Shown in pieces: positions 1 through 14,619 of a DNA stretch of 64,000 nucleotides. Origin of the DNA: Eledone cirrhosa (Eukaryota); NCBI GenBank assembly GCA_964016885.1, contig OZ024740.1:379068001-379132000 (forward strand). Direction: 5' to 3'. Made by a program: the position numbers and the translations under genes. Under the pieces are notes generated by a model. The model was not told the origin of the DNA, did no database searches, and worked only from the letters and a program-made list of their open reading frames with translations. Positions within the stretch are counted from its first letter, which is position 1; the number at the start of each line of letters is the position of its first letter.

Positions 1-1200
1 GTGCATGTGTTTATGACTCGTATGATCCTGTGTGAATATTTGTCTGTGTAACGTAAGTAAAATTTACTTTCGTTTCTCCAGTGATTTGGGCCAATAAGGT
101 TAATATGCTCATATAAAATAAAAGATCTCTATAATTGCAAATGTAGCCAATATCTATTATATATATATATGGATATTTATAAGAGAAAGAATAATTTTAA
201 TCATACTGTAGTAATTATATAGGAATATATCTAAAAAAAAAAAACGTTTACTTTATAAACGTACCTTATACTATATTCTAAACACTAATCAATGCTTCTA
301 AAAATAAATGTCCAGTTTTCGGGGAGAGATAATTTTTTCTGGTGAGGGTTGAAATGTCTAGATGCTTTCTCTGTCTCTTCAATAATGATTTATAAATATA
401 TCAATCTCATGTGTATTTTAATCTCTGTCAGTGTGGACAGGTATATTATTACCTGTGAGCACTTTCTTTTTTTTATAGATCATCTGTTATCTTAGCAGTT
501 TGGCAAAATTTCCAATGTCCAATCACCTTATAACTTCGTCACACCTGTCTAAATAATCAAGTTTGACAAATACTAGTCAGTCAGAAACATGGTGATCAAT
601 AGTCCTACCATTGTCACTAAATATTTTGCAGTAACTTTTTTTGACATTTTATTAATGTGTTCTGTGTAGGAAGGAGTTTCACTTCATGAAACCACCAAAA
701 GCGTTTTTTTATGTTGAGCTTCTGGGTTACTATTGTGTTTATAGTTCACTCATTACACTACCAAGTCATACCAATTGTCAATCGCACGCTTGTTTATGTT
801 TCTTACTTACAATATTGAGGATTTCATACATTAATGTCCTGTAAATTGCAATAACATCTTATCTGTTATCATGTGGTTGTATTCGATGCTAAACTCATAT
901 ATATAATTTTGAAGTCTTACGATTTCAGGCTGACATGAATTTGACGTTTTTGCTTTGTTCGTGTTTTCTTATTTCTATTTTAGTAATAGAAACCTATACC
1001 ATGCTTATCTTATCTTGTTTTCAGGGACCACGTTTGTCTGCCTGCCGCCCAACGTTAATAATTTACACATCGACAAGATACTGGGGTCGAATGAATTGAT
1101 ATTAATCCACTCTTTGCAATATTGCAATTGTGCCAAACAAACAAATAATCATCAATAACAACACCACCGTCATAACCTCTACAACCTATACTAAAAACAC

Positions 1201-1335
1201 TCCACCACCACCACCACCAGTCCCACCACCATTACCGCCACCATCACCATTACCATCATTATCATCATCATCATCATCATCCTCATCGTCATCGTCGTCG
1301 TCCTTGTTATCATCATCATCAACATCATCATCCTC
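1201..1335. repeat. Compound trinucleotide microsatellite (CCA)n/(TCA)n
   Basis: Read directly; accounts for the poly-Pro/poly-Ser ORF 1130-1354. Confidence 0.9.
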
Positions 1336-1468
1336 ATATTCCATTATTTCTTAATCAGTTTTAAAATATTATAGCGGAGAATATTGCTTTCGAGGGCGAA
1401 CTTGTTTTAAATGGTGAGCTTCAAAACATTTTATACTGTATTATTGAAACCTTTTATCTGGGTCTTCA

Positions 1469-1615
1469 TCCAGCATAGTTACGTCCCTTTACGATCTGAG
1501 TTCAAATCCCGCCGAGGTTGACTTTGCCTTTCATCCTTACGGGATCGATAAAATAAAGTACCAGTAATGCACTGGGTAATTGCTGGCCTTGTGCCTAAAG
1601 TAGAAACAATTATTA
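1469..1615 (+). mobile_element. tRNA-derived SINE (family S), 5'-truncated
   Basis: B-box-like GAGTTCAAATCCC, conserved body GCCTTTCATCCTTACGG..CGATAAAATAAAGTACCAG and tail GTAGAAACAATTATTA shared with more than 10 copies in the window. Confidence 0.9.
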
Positions 1616-1709
1616 GTTTTGAAGTTTGTTTTGTATTTCTCATATTCTACTGCTTCAAAAGAATCTCCAATATCTTCATTTAGCCACTTGTTTAACCAAT
1701 ATACATGAT

Positions 1710-1885
1710 TAACGAAGGATATTTTACGTTGACACTTGAACTGCTGCTAGAAATAGCTGTCAACTCATCCCCAAATCACATGCTTATTATATAAACAAGG
1801 TAAAATATGAGTTGGCCATGACTGTAATGCCTTTGATCAATGGTCTACTCAAACATGGTTGACCTGGTGTTGAGCATCAACAACA
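1710..1885 (-). repeat. Old interspersed repeat (family R), degenerate
   Basis: Motifs such as GCTAGAAATAGC and GGCCATG..AATGCCTTTGATCA..GGTCT.CTC recur at about 11020-11218 (+), 18930-19065 (-) and 25490-25562 (-). Boundaries approximate. Confidence 0.55.
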
Positions 1886-2014
1886 AAAAGTAGTTATCAT
1901 ATTAAAATATTCCTCTGCAATTAGTATTAAAAAAATATTTTATTTAGACACCAATTGGTTGCAATATAATATTTAGAATCTAGACATTCACAACGTTTTC
2001 ATGTTCCTTGATCT

Positions 2015-2340
2015 CAATTCTAGTATTTTCATATTTTCTATCCCGATTCTAATATTCATGATCTCAATTCTAGTATTTCCATCTTACTTGATTTACAATT
2101 CTAGTATTTCCATCTTACTTTATCCCAATTCTAGTATTTCCATGTTACTTTATCCCAATTCTAGTATTACGATATTACATGACCCAGTTTCAGTATTCCC
2201 ACTTTGTTTGAGGAAAATACTAGTATTTCCATGTTCTAGTACTGTCTTGGTCATTGATCCCAGTTCTAGAATGTTCACGTCACTTGATCTCAGTATGTTC
2301 ATATTTCTTGGTCTAATATTGTTATTCCAGATAGTTTCAA
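2015..2340. repeat. Degenerate ~30-bp minisatellite (unit about TATTTCCATCTTACTTTATCCCAATTCTAG)
   Basis: TTCTAGTATTTC recurs at about 30-nt spacing; cleanest units lie at 2100-2165. Confidence 0.75.
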
Positions 2341-2593
2341 TGCTAAAATTTCTTTTGTGTCTTTTTTACCGTTCTGTTACTTCCATGTATGGTTAAGCTT
2401 ATATGTCTTTCCAATTGGTATTTTATCTGAGCTATTATTCTGTGTCTTGTCACCATAAAACGATTTGACGTCGTTCTATTCAATTATATCACTTTGCTAG
2501 TGTTCGCACATTTTTCTAGCTTTTTCAAAGTGATATTTTCCCCATTGTTTCCAACCACTCCTCCTCCCCTTCCTTCCTTCACCCCACCCCACC

Positions 2594-2627
<34 letters not shown>

Positions 2628-4320
2628 TCATTGATAATATTCTTCCCACTGACTATAATATTTTGTAATGTATTGTTTTATTCTTTGGAATTTTCGTTCA
2701 CGTTTTTAGTTGGCTTCATTTCATTATACATATGATAATGTCCTTCCGCTCTTTATATTTTATTTTTCATTTCATTAAGTCCTGGAATCTATTCACTTTC
2801 TTATTACTTATTTATCCTTTATATGTATTCTTTTTTGCAACATAAATTTTTGCCTTATTGATTCCCTTAAACGTGTCATATCCTGTCTTGTATTATTTAT
2901 TCAGACAGATTTTATAATATTTTCTATTACTCTATTTTTTCTTTGTTTTGCTTCTTTCCCACATTGCAACACTGACCAATATACATTTAAGTCGGCTTTC
3001 ATTTGTCCTTACTTTCAAAATACAATTGCCCAGTATTGGTGACAAAATCTATTTGCACAAGAGAACAAATATATATACCAAAATTCCTTCATTTTATACA
3101 ACTTTAATATAACATATTATACAAATATAACATATTTGTTTTCTCTATAATTTTTCTATATTGATCCTACTTAAGATTTCTTATATTATATGCACTTAAA
3201 TCATTCTTGCCAACTGAATATTTAGAGATTACACTATTATTCATAAAGAAACACATTTCACCTGATAGCATCTATAAAACCCCGGCCTAGCGTATAATGT
3301 AAAGTGTTATTGTATCTTAGCCTCAAGAATGATCCTGGTCAAGCATACTAAAGATAAAAATAATTCTAACCATTACCTCTTTGTTTTCTCAAGAATACTA
3401 TAGTTTAAACTAAATTATTAAAAGTGTCCATTTTAAAGATGGTGGCATTGCATTTAATGTAGATTTAGCTGATAATTATAATAGACCGAACAGACATATC
3501 ATTTACGACCATTCCTTCTTTTATCTTCAACAATAGTGTAGTTATATTGATAAAGAATTTCGAAAAGCGTGAATATTATAGCTTCCCATAAAAATATCAT
3601 TTGGCAACACAGGGTTTATGCTTAAAATCCTGCATAGCTTAACTTTATCTCAATCCTTCCATACTTTCGGTGTCGAGAAATGAAGTACCAACCTAGTGCG
3701 GTGAATTAACTAAATTTGTTCCGGGTCTTTGGGTTCTGAATTTCAGTTGGCCTATTTCTGTGGTAGAGTTAATCCGTCGTCCAGTTTAACTCCGCCACAT
3801 CGGCTTTTGAGTTCCTTTAGCAAAATCCTTTATGTTGCAAGTATTTGGATCAGTTCTCAGGTTTCAGGACACCATCCTCGTCCCATTCTTCCCATCAATC
3901 TCTGATGTTCGGAAAAAATCACAGGCACTTCCTTTCTTTTCGACTAAACAACAACAAATAAGTTCAGTCTACAATATGCAGTGCGTCTATTAAGTACAGT
4001 AGAGTATGATTTGAAGCAGATTTGGCTGATATTTCTAGCAGAATGAACAGCCACGTAGATGATCCTGTGTTGACTTTTCAAGAGTATTACTGCTTTATTG
4101 TGCTTTCTAGTTCAATTTGTATCGGCAGTCAAATATTTTATCTCCCTGATCTACTGAGCTGTATTGAGAATTGTTAATATTATAACTCTAAAGAATTAGC
4201 TTTTACTGAACACCCTTTTCTTTAAATCCTTCAACCAATGACCTACACCCATCCCAATCCCCACCCTCTCCTACCACCAAATAAGGAAAGACATAAATAC
4301 TACCATTTACTTGGACAGCC

Positions 4321-4371
4321 AGCTTCCTGATGATTTCTCACGAATGAAACAGTTCTAGTCCTGTAGAAGCT
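4321..4371 (+). ncRNA. Type I hammerhead ribozyme motif, family A
   Basis: AGCTTC-CTGATGA-tTTCtcacGAAt-GAAA-CAG ttctagtc CTG-TA-GAAGCT. Stem I is 6 bp, stem III 4 bp, GUA triplet with predicted cut after 4365. First stem II pair is U-U (non-canonical). Followed by (TA)n. Confidence 0.7.
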
Positions 4372-4372
4372 C

Positions 4373-4431
<59 letters not shown>

Positions 4432-5054
4432 CGTTGTATGCTAACACAATATCCTAAAATACAAATACATTGAGCGAGCTAATAGTTCCATAACGGCAGA
4501 GTGTGTTGTATAGATACAAACATGCCTAAAAGATACACTCATCAGTTAAGCATGTGATAAGGAATAATACGACTGCTATTTACCATTTTGTCAGCCATTG
4601 ACCTGAAGAGACTTTCCAGCACATAGAAGATAAACTCAAGAATCTGTGGAATCAAATATCCAGTGTGGTTCTGCATCGGTAGCAAAACATTCAAAGGAAA
4701 AATAATAATTACGAATAAATAAAAAATGAATGAAACTGCCCTATGGAAGGGAAACAGGTTCAGGTTCTTTATAAAGTAAGACAACATTCCATGTGCTGTT
4801 AGGATTTTTTTAATACTCAATTTCGCTTATTTGAAGAAAACAGTTTTCAAAATATTATTCAATATTAATTAATTATTGAACTTGGAATCAACTGTATAAT
4901 GAAGTACAGTAGTAAATTATAAATGATACAAAATATAATAGATATATAATTTCAGGAATTTCTTTTCCTTCAATTAACAACATACACATAATAAATGTAG
5001 TAACATAAGACTTGTAGATGCATGATAAAGGACCTCGATTTTGAGACCTATTCC

Positions 5055-5416
5055 TAATAATTGTTTCTATTTTTGACACAAGGCTAGCAATTACCCCAGT
5101 ACATTACTGGTACTTAATTTTATCGACCCCGGGATTTGAACTCAGAACGCAAAGGGCCATAACAATGCTGCAAAGCATGGTGTCTGACGCTATACCGATA
5201 CTGCTAATCCACCGCCTTTATTCCTAATAATTGTTTCTACTTTTGGCACAAGGCCAGCAATTATCCCAGTGCATCACTGGTACTTTATTTTATCGACCCC
5301 GTAAGGATGAAAGGCAAAGTTAACCTCGGCGGGATTTGAACTCAGAATGGCAAGGGCCGTAACTCTATGCATCAAAGCATGGCGTCCGACCCTCTACCGA
5401 TACTGCCAATCCACCA
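5055..5416 (-). mobile_element. Two tandem family S SINEs (about 5055-5216, internally deleted; about 5226-5416)
   Basis: Both match family S; TATTCCTAATAA at 5049-5060 and 5219-5230 flanks the first copy. Confidence 0.9.
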
Positions 5417-7660
5417 ATGCCATAATCTCCTTGCCACACGTGATTTGGGCTACTAAATACGTTAAACCTCTGTATGACTTGAGAAATACAATAACCAATT
5501 AAACTAAACATTTTGACCCAGTCAGTAATATAACCTTCATTATTATTCGGTAATTACCACACATTATAGGCAAAGGGAACTAATACATTCTAAACAAAAC
5601 CCTTCTAATTAAATCATTGACCACACATTAGGTACACGGAAAGTAAAGCTTAGAGAACTCTTTTCAACAGCCAAACTGAATATTGATTAATTTTAATGTT
5701 CTGACTATTGTTTTTGTTATAATGCATTATCGTCACGGGTTATATCTTATAGCTACTTTTTAGTATTGATCATAGAAATGAGAAATCATTTCGAAGAGAT
5801 TCAACCGTATTTTCATTGATCAATTTCATTTCTGGCTTTATATTCAACATTTTTACTGTCTTTTTTTTTCAGTTTGAAGATCAATGGATCAACTGATATA
5901 ATTTCCCCTTCACATCACAGACCTATTTACACGCACAAACCCCTCAATACAAACACGCAACTATAGTCATCAACCTATTCTCTGTGAACATAACTGCCTA
6001 TCTTGTAACATTTTATCCTTCCAACAAATAATGAATGAATGAATGAATAATCCAGTCAACCACTCAGCCTGTTCGTCTGTGTGTCTGTTTGTCTGTGGCT
6101 TCTCTTCGTCTCAATATGTAAACGCATATAACACACATACGCATATATATATGCATGAAAATTAAATGACATCAACACACACACGCACACACGCACACAA
6201 ATACACATATATATACATACATATGTTTTGACTAGTTGTAGTTATTCAGTTGTGACCTTGAAGGGGCATACACAAGAACACACACATAGTATAATTAGAT
6301 AATATAATAATTCATTAGACACCATAATATATTCAATATTGTTTTGAATTCCTCTGACTGAATTTTTAGAAATTCCCCTCTAATTACATTTGTTAATTTA
6401 CTACTGCTACTGTAAAATCTGATTATTTTTATAAAAAGTCAATGACTAGGTTGATTTCACTTGATTTTGTTGATATATTCTAAACGATGATAGTTAAGGA
6501 ATTATTGCTCATTCATTTGAAATTGTTAAATGAACCAATTTTCTAGGTACCAATTTTGTATAATATGTATATGTATATAAATATGTATATAAATTGTATG
6601 TATAATATGTTTTCTTCCAGCTTATATTGATCAGAAAAATATTGTTTTGATAAAATATTTTCAATAACTTCTTCAAAGGTAGAAAACCATAGAGATTATT
6701 TAGCTGCTAGCCAATTAAAGAAGTTCCCAATATGATTTGTTTTGTTCCATTTATCTCGCTAATGTCTATGAGAAAGTCATAAACATTACCAACACCAGTC
6801 AGCACAATGGAATTGTGATCTTATGCCTAAGTAAGAAATGAATAACATTTTTAGATGGAGAACGGCATAGAACAATGTATAGGATTTCTACGAACCCTAT
6901 ATTAAAGTTCTCTGTTGGTCGCTGGTCGAAGGAAATTCACGTCACTTATGTCTCTAATACACTTGGAACAACACATTGAAGACAACGTGTCTCATTGTCT
7001 CCTCAGTGATATATCTATGGCTCTGTAGAAAATCATTAATAACATTACATATCTTTTATGGCTTTTAAATGTAAGAGAATCATTGAAAACTCATGAAAGT
7101 CGTCTGATTAATTTTCTTTAGTCATAAATACATCGTTTCTCTTTTTCAAATGAATATTATTAATCATTGAAACTAATAATTACTTATTCTAACTTATATT
7201 TATTTCTATTACATCTATGTCTTCTAGTGAGCAAATCCTATCATTTTGCTTATCATTTAAGTAATTTATCTTCTCTGTATAATTAAGTCAATTCGATTCA
7301 ATTAATACAAACCCTTACACTTTATATTCTACTGATATTAAGAAATACAAATCCGGCGTTGAAATTAAAATTTGTCAATCTTTTATAACTGGTTGATCAA
7401 CATTAAACTATTAAATTTTTAATTTGGATTTCTTTAAGTTTTATCTCATTTGTTCTTTGTGCATATTACTTCATACACATGCGAGGAATTACAGTATCGT
7501 TTTGATTCAACAAAATGCTTTAAAAAAATTGCTACGAATTACAGATATTATTAGTTAGCTTTATTCCTTAGATTGAATATAAATTAAATGTCTTACCTTT
7601 ATAAAAGGCAAACATTTACAGGAGTTAGGCAAATATAAACTGAATAGATTCCAGTGTATA

Positions 7661-8908
7661 TAGGCTGCTCGTTTCTTTTAGGATATTTGCATGAATTTAG
7701 TAAAATACGCATAAGACACGAAAGAAGAGTTTTATTTGAGAAAACATTGACATGAATAAAAATCTTGAGACTCTTCTAGACACACCTCCTTAATGAATTC
7801 GCCGTTAGCATCGATGGTTGCTTCAATACGAGGTCTGAAACGTTGATATGCCCGAATGAGATGATCTTTATCTATTTTGGTCATTGTGCTAGTGTGGCGG
7901 ACTCCAGAGATTTTATGTAGGCGTTGATTAACTTCCCTCTCATTTATGTCACATAGGTAATCGCCCAACGTATTCATGTCTAGATAGCAAGGAGGCCATA
8001 TCTTAAGGTGAAGTGATCGTGGAGATTGTAACTCATCCATTCTCTGGTCATCTTCGCCTTATGAGAGGGTGCTTAGACTTGTTTGTATGCGTTCAATCTT
8101 TCATTGGTCACGCTCTCTATTCAAGGCCTCACACCTTTATTTAACAACTTCTTATAGTCAGCAGCATTAACCCTTGGGAAAAAAGGGGAAGATACATGGC
8201 ACCTCCCTCGTTTGTCAACACTTCCGAAACCATCACAATTGCAGGAAACATTGAGTGCATGACCGATGGAACGTCTTTGTGGGTCTCTACATACCAATCT
8301 CTCAATTTTTTGGTTGACCTTTTAATCCCGATCAACGTTTTTTTCATGAAAGAAAAACCAAAGCATTCTAGGTTCTTGATGCTTCAACTTGCTCAACAAG
8401 CGCTTTGCCCGGATCAGGCGGTTATCATTTGTCTTTGCAGACAGAAATTGGCATCTCCACATCACATGTGACTTGTTTTGAAGATTCTTCTGCACTGATC
8501 TTTCTATATTGCGCCTCAAAACCTTGAGTTCCTTAACAATGGCTCTAATTAACTTTCCTTCTGGGGGTTCTTATCGATAATTGTCTGTAGGTTTTTCTTT
8601 TTAAATTTAGGGTTTCTGATGGAATTGAGAATTGTACCTAGCCGTTTACCTTTGGCTAATGTTGTAGAATCTCTGTCAGTGGCCTTTTGCGAACCTTGAC
8701 AACAATCGACCATGCAACTTTCAGGAAGTGTGAAATCTATAAATCACTAATCTCTGCCTGTAACGCAACGATTAGAACTTTCCTTATTCATTCACTGAGT
8801 TAGCTGGATGTCTCTCATTATTTATCCGAAAAGAAATGATAACCAGAACAAGTTAGAACAAAGTTAAAGCTATTAAAAAATGTGCCCAAAGAGAACTGAA
8901 CAACCCTG
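7661..8908 (-). mobile_element. Decayed Tc1/mariner-superfamily transposon (maT/DD37D-like), transposase pseudogene
   Basis: Frameshifted pieces KDVPSVMHSMFPAIVMV and IWPP..LDMNTLGDYL...KDHLIRAYQRFRPRIEATIDANG. Degenerate TIRs (TAGGCTGCTC.. / ..GAACAACCCTG) with flanking TA at 7659-60 and 8909-10. Subfamily call is inference. Confidence 0.85.
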
Positions 8909-11241
8909 TACGTGGTACTTGTGTATAAACACCAGACCAAAAAGTGAAATCAATCCCGGTAGCATTTGAAGTACAAACGTACGCAGATGAACCTAAGTAG
9001 GTTTAGTATGTAGTTCCACACTATCCCGTCTTTAACGGCCCTCTAACTTCAAGAGCATCAAGTAGCAAAATTAACAGATGGCCTGTGGTATTTAGTTACA
9101 ACTGTCTTCTATATGTTGTGTTCATATTCAGCCATAGTTAACTTTACCGTTTATCCACCGAGGATCGCTAAAGTAAATATCAGTATTATTCTAGAAACGA
9201 TTCAATGAAATTAATTTCTTCTAAACAAAATCGTGGTTGTGGCAAAGCTAGGAATCAATATTAACAAAGATAATACAACTTAAATGTTAAAGTTTGTAAT
9301 TATTTTGGTTTCAATAAAGGAGCTGAATGGTAGAAGGAGAACGGTAAAGTGCTGAACAAAACAACCTGGGATTTCGTTATTTTTCTTTACATTCTGAGTT
9401 TAAACTCTAATCAATTGAATTTGTGTATTCCCTGTCCGCAATCAGTAAAAAAAAAAGTACCTGTGATATGCTACATATTTGTGGCATATCCCATCTTCAT
9501 AATACATTTCTAGTTGGATTTAAATAAATTCACCGCCGACATATTTGTTTTGTATTAAACATTGTTACTGTTAGCAATGACTTAACAAAAAGCATTATTT
9601 TAAACTTTTCCTTTTCTCATCGCTTTAAAAGTCTATTCTTATGAGTAAACATACTAACATTTGTTCTAATATTCCACATAACGATAGGAAAGCATCTTTA
9701 AAATGAAATTTGAAATATTAAACAGAGTAAGAAAGTATCATTTCACCTTTACGTTTTACGTTTTAGCTATATTTTGATCAACTATCGTAAATCGTGTATA
9801 TAACATTTCAATTTCCCCCGAATATATGTAATTACTGTAATGTAGTCATAACATCATTTAAAGGCGCGTGTTTCTGTTAGAAATCAATATCATGTGCAGG
9901 TTGGGGTCTGTGATTAAGAGAAGGACTCAACAGAAATAAAGATTCCATTAATACCGACCCTCTTTGTGGTTGCAGTAATATTAAAATTGACATGTAGCCA
10001 AATAAAATGTCAGTATAACCCAATCTTGGTAAGAATAAATAAGCCAAAAGAAATGGCGTATTCTAATGCTGACGTAACAAAATAAAATACCCACCAATTA
10101 AATGTTTATTTATTTACATATTATTGATAATTTGTAGATGAAAATAGTGTTTTATACTGTTATGAATTCTATTATTGTAGCTTGTTGTCAGTAATAAAGA
10201 AATATTAATTTCTTTCTTATGTAGTTAGAAAATATAAATATAGCTTAACAACAACGATATTTCTATACATTAAAGCTTGATTCCTTTGAATTTTCATATT
10301 TTAAGACTGAATTTGGGATCAAAGCGAACTGTTATCTTATATGATTTCCCAATGTCACTGGTGTAATAAATAAATACAAATTTAAATGTAATATAGAGAG
10401 ATTAATGGTCTTTGAAGTCTATATATAATTCACTGGTTGAGATAAAAAGTTGATATTAGTTAGCATATTCAATGCAGAAAGAGAATCCCAGTTATTTCAC
10501 TTCCTTTGATCGCGTGAAAGATAAAATCTGTTATATTCTATTATATTCCAACTGACTTTTTCTTTAAAGAATATTAAATGTGTTTATTAAATTGTTTAAA
10601 CAATTAAAACAGTATGGCAGATTTTAAGGAATCATGCTATTATATTAAGGGCTGAAACCCAAACGGATTCGTTTACAGAAAATAACATTCAATTAAGGCA
10701 TCCGTTAGGAATTAATAAATTTGTGAGAAAATTAAGCGTGAACCTTTAGCGAGAGTATGTTTTCAATCATTATTGGTTTTTGCTTTTGCTTATGCACAAA
10801 GCTTCACATGTATAGGATATATGAAAACAATTGTATTTCTTTCATACCTCTCTCAGCGGAATTAGTAGCGTAAGAAAAATGAAGTCATTTTTAGCGATAA
10901 TGAAATGGATTCATATCTCGTGATTACTTCTTGCTCTTCAATTTCACTATTTTCGGTATTAATTATGCTTAATCTGCTGAGTCAGAGATATTAATATATG
11001 GTCTTTGTTATTAATGTTATTTAATTCCAGATCAGAGCTAGCTGAGCTGAGCTATATCACATACATTCCAGCCATGACCATCTCGTTCTTCTTTCTCGAG
11101 TATAACATATCAAAAACTAACATTATTCTGTATGTCCCTCTACTTTAAAACAATACTTTCAAAGGTATTTGTCCACTATTTCTAGCAAATCTAGTGACCA
11201 CGTAGGCACCCTCGCGAAGGTCATTATTTGTAAGTAAAAAT

Positions 11242-11447
11242 GGCGGTGGTAAAAGGGCGGTGGATTGGCAGTATCGGTAGAGGGTCGGACGCCATGCTTT
11301 GACGAATAGAGTTACGGCCCTTTCCATTCTGAGTTCAAATTCCGCCGAGGTTAACTTTGCCTTTCATCCTTACGGGGTCGATAAAATAAAGTACCAGTCA
11401 TGTACTGGGTAATTGCTGGCCTTGTGCTAAAAGTAGAAACAATTATT
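11242..11447 (+). mobile_element. Full-length family S SINE with 19-bp TSD
   Basis: A-box-like TGGCAGTATCGG and B-box-like GTTCAAATTCC; ATTATTTGTAAGTAAAAAT at 11223-11241 and 11442-11460. Confidence 0.92.
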
Positions 11448-11724
11448 TGTAAGTAAAAATCTTCTGCGGATACAGGAAGTGATAAACTTCATCTCAAAGT
11501 ATCACCTGTAATAGCGTGTATTTCGTATCATATGATATTGTTTTTCTTGAACAAAACAACCCAATGTTACAGCTTTTTGCGTTACGAGTCAAAATCTCAT
11601 CGAGGTCGATTTTGCGTTTAAGCATTCCCTAATCGATAAATGAAGTATCACTGACGGTGTGGAATAAATATCATCGCAAAACACCTAAATAATACTGTTG
11701 TGCTTGCAATAGAAATTAATATTA

Positions 11725-12090
11725 ATAATTGTTTCTACTTTTGGCAGCAATTACCCAGTACATTACAAAGTTAACCTCGGCGAGATTTGAGTCTGTAAAT
11801 GGACGTAACTATGCTGGAAACATGACGTCCGACTCTACCGATACTGCCAATCATTAATAATGTTCAGAAGGGAGGAGGGTTGGAAGAATTGGTAGAGCGT
11901 CGGAGAAAATATCATTACGATATTTGTTCCGATTATTAACATTCTTATTTCAAATCCCGCCAAGGTCAACTTTACCTTTCATCCTCTCGGGGTCGATAAA
12001 ATATAATAGCAATCAAGTACTGGGTTTAGTTTAATCAACTTTATTCTTGACACAATTTGCTGGCCTTGTGCCTAAATTAGCAATCAATAA
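11725..12090. mobile_element. Two more family S-related SINEs, head to head (about 11725-11852 minus, deleted; about 11875-12090 plus, older)
   Basis: Recognisable B-box and body motifs with more divergence. Confidence 0.75.
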
Positions 12091-12692
12091 TGTTCCACGA
12101 ATTACTTCAATGATTGATGAGTTATCTCACTCTCATACACAAAACGTCACACACAAAACACTTCAATTATTTGATATGTGCTTATTAGATATATACATCA
12201 ACGAGTAATAATGTTTATCTAGTTTCAATAAGTTAGGTGAATAGGAATTCTCATGGCTGCGCATTTTCCAGGACCATTACCGTCATAGTTTAAGTATAAG
12301 AGTTACAACAAGAAATCGGAACTAAGCTGCAAAATAAATTCACTTGAGGCTTATCTTTTACTCAGCGGATGTTTGAAAATATACAGGGTTTCTTCCAACT
12401 AATCTCTCGTATAAAATGAATATTAATATCATCTTCTTAATTGTTTTGAAAGCTTTATCATCTTAGAGCGTTTTCTTTCATTGTATTTCCACATATTTGG
12501 TATACACTTTCTTGTTATATCTACATGCTTTGTTACGTAGGAGATTTTAAAAAATCAACTATTTCTTCAGTTTTGTATCTTCAAAAAGAGATTTGGTTAT
12601 AAGAACTTTCTCATAAATATTTCCAATATATAAAATAGAGGAAATGAATAAAATATATCAGCTGGCTTGCTAAGAAACTTAGATATTTGTAG

Positions 12693-12698
12693 CTGCTG

Positions 12699-12771
<73 letters not shown>
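12693..12771. repeat. (CTA)n microsatellite
   Basis: Read directly. Confidence 0.95.
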
Positions 12772-14453
12772 CATGATATTCCTTGTAAGCTACGGCAGGG
12801 CCTCACATATATAATATATGGTATATCATAGAGTGAGTTGAAAAACTTAGATGAAATGAGATTATTTATACTACTAATACACAAAAACTTCCGGGGGGGG
12901 GGGGGGGTTAAAATCTGAAGACAGGATAAAAGTCTATTAAAATCAGTTAATCAACATATTGGAAAATATAAATATGCAGTATAGAAGTGAAACAAATCGA
13001 TGCAAATCTAGTAAAGAGTGGAAATGGGTACATGGAAACTGTATTAATGCTCACTGGATGGACTATACCTGCGCTGGTAATAATAATATGACATATTATA
13101 TTTAATTATCCATCATATAATTTATGGGATTTTAGTGGCTATAAAAGGCATATTGGTTTTAAGAGGTGGTGGGGGGAGGTATAGCATTCCAATAGGGATA
13201 ATGTAGTTGCAAGTTGTTTCATCCTATGTTTCTTCTGATTCAGCAAATCTTTGATTAATGGCGTTTTAAGTATGAACACCTTATCGTTTTGAGGGAATAC
13301 ACTATCACAGATTTTATTAGGCATTGTGTCCTTACATTTTTAAGATGGTTCGGTAGGATTTGCGTGAGATGTCACTGGTATTTCAAACAGTTCCAGTGAC
13401 CGTAAAGATACTCCAATCAAATTGAAATGCTTATAATCTCGGCTTACCAATTGCTAATATTTCGCACTGAGGCGCTTACCAAAAATGCAAAATATAATCA
13501 ACAGGTAATCATAGCCACCAACATTATTTGCTAAATGTGCAACAGACCACTTAAAAATCTAGACATCGTATGATTTATTATTTTTATCATTTATTATCGC
13601 TTAAAATTATTTTATTCATTTTATCAATTTCCTGTTCAATACAGTCAAGATTCATTTCATTTCCGTTTGATGCCATGTCATCCAACACGGATATCACTCA
13701 TGTTTAGATATTTCCAATCCTTCGTGGATATCAAAGAAGCAGTGAGTTAAGCTAGCTATAAAATACCAAGCGCAGAGGCATAAACTGCGTGTTTATAATG
13801 AATTTTTAATCATATCACCATTTGGCAATCTATCAAATAGTAATTTAGCCATGTCAATAGTATTGAACTACAGACAGAAGAATAGATGGTTTGCAGGGTG
13901 TCACCAGATTAGATGGTATTGCAATGTGTTTAATGTCAAAATACCTACCGTAACCGTAATAGTTTCAGTTTATATGTAGCTAAAGTAAACATTGTTGGTA
14001 GTGATAGTACCGCATACTTTATTTGTTTAATCATATGCTCTATCTATACATAAAGGGAGAGTTTCAAATCGATAGAATTGATGTTAGTATGCAGATAACA
14101 CATACTTTATCACTCAAAGAGGGGTAAATAGTAAAATCGACCCCGGTAGTCTTCCACATCGGGATGCAGAAAAATGGAAATTATTGCTGTAAATCATTTA
14201 GCGTATAACTGCCATTTCTGACATCCCATTTACGATACTTTACTGTACAATCAAGCAATGTTCCACTATTCTTTAGTGTAATAATTTTTTAAAATTGGAA
14301 CATAACCGAAGTGTTTATACATGCTCAGTTTAACTCAATTTATTCGCATTTACAATGCCTTGTATAAATATCTGTCTGGTTGGACGATGATGTTTCAATT
14401 GTCCAACCAACAGAACGGTCTATTCATCGAATTATATATATATATATATATAT

Positions 14454-14527
14454 AACGAAGGAAATGTGGTAAGGAACCAGGTGGACCATAACGCACCAAA
14501 GTACTCAATACTTGGGGTAGTAGAGTG

Positions 14528-14530
<3 letters not shown>
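14454..14530 (-). mobile_element. 3' tail fragment of HHR-associated family B between (TA)n tracts
   Basis: Near-identical to 16103-16180 and 34491-34566 (GGTAAGGAACCAG.TGGACCATAACGCACCA.AGTACTCAATACTT). Confidence 0.8.

Positions 14531-14619
<89 letters not shown>

Noticed and set aside
1130-1354. Poly-Pro/poly-Ser ORF
   Set aside because: Trinucleotide microsatellite with no splice or domain support.
2001-2396. 131-aa hydrophobic ORF
   Set aside because: Produced by a 30-bp minisatellite whose unit is a multiple of three.
5850-5900. Strong splice acceptor-like TTTTTTTTTCAG
   Set aside because: No matching donor or convincing open frame nearby.
11242-11345. tRNA genes at SINE heads (also 15064-15130)
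   Set aside because: A and B boxes are present but I could not fold a cloverleaf, and each continues into a SINE body.
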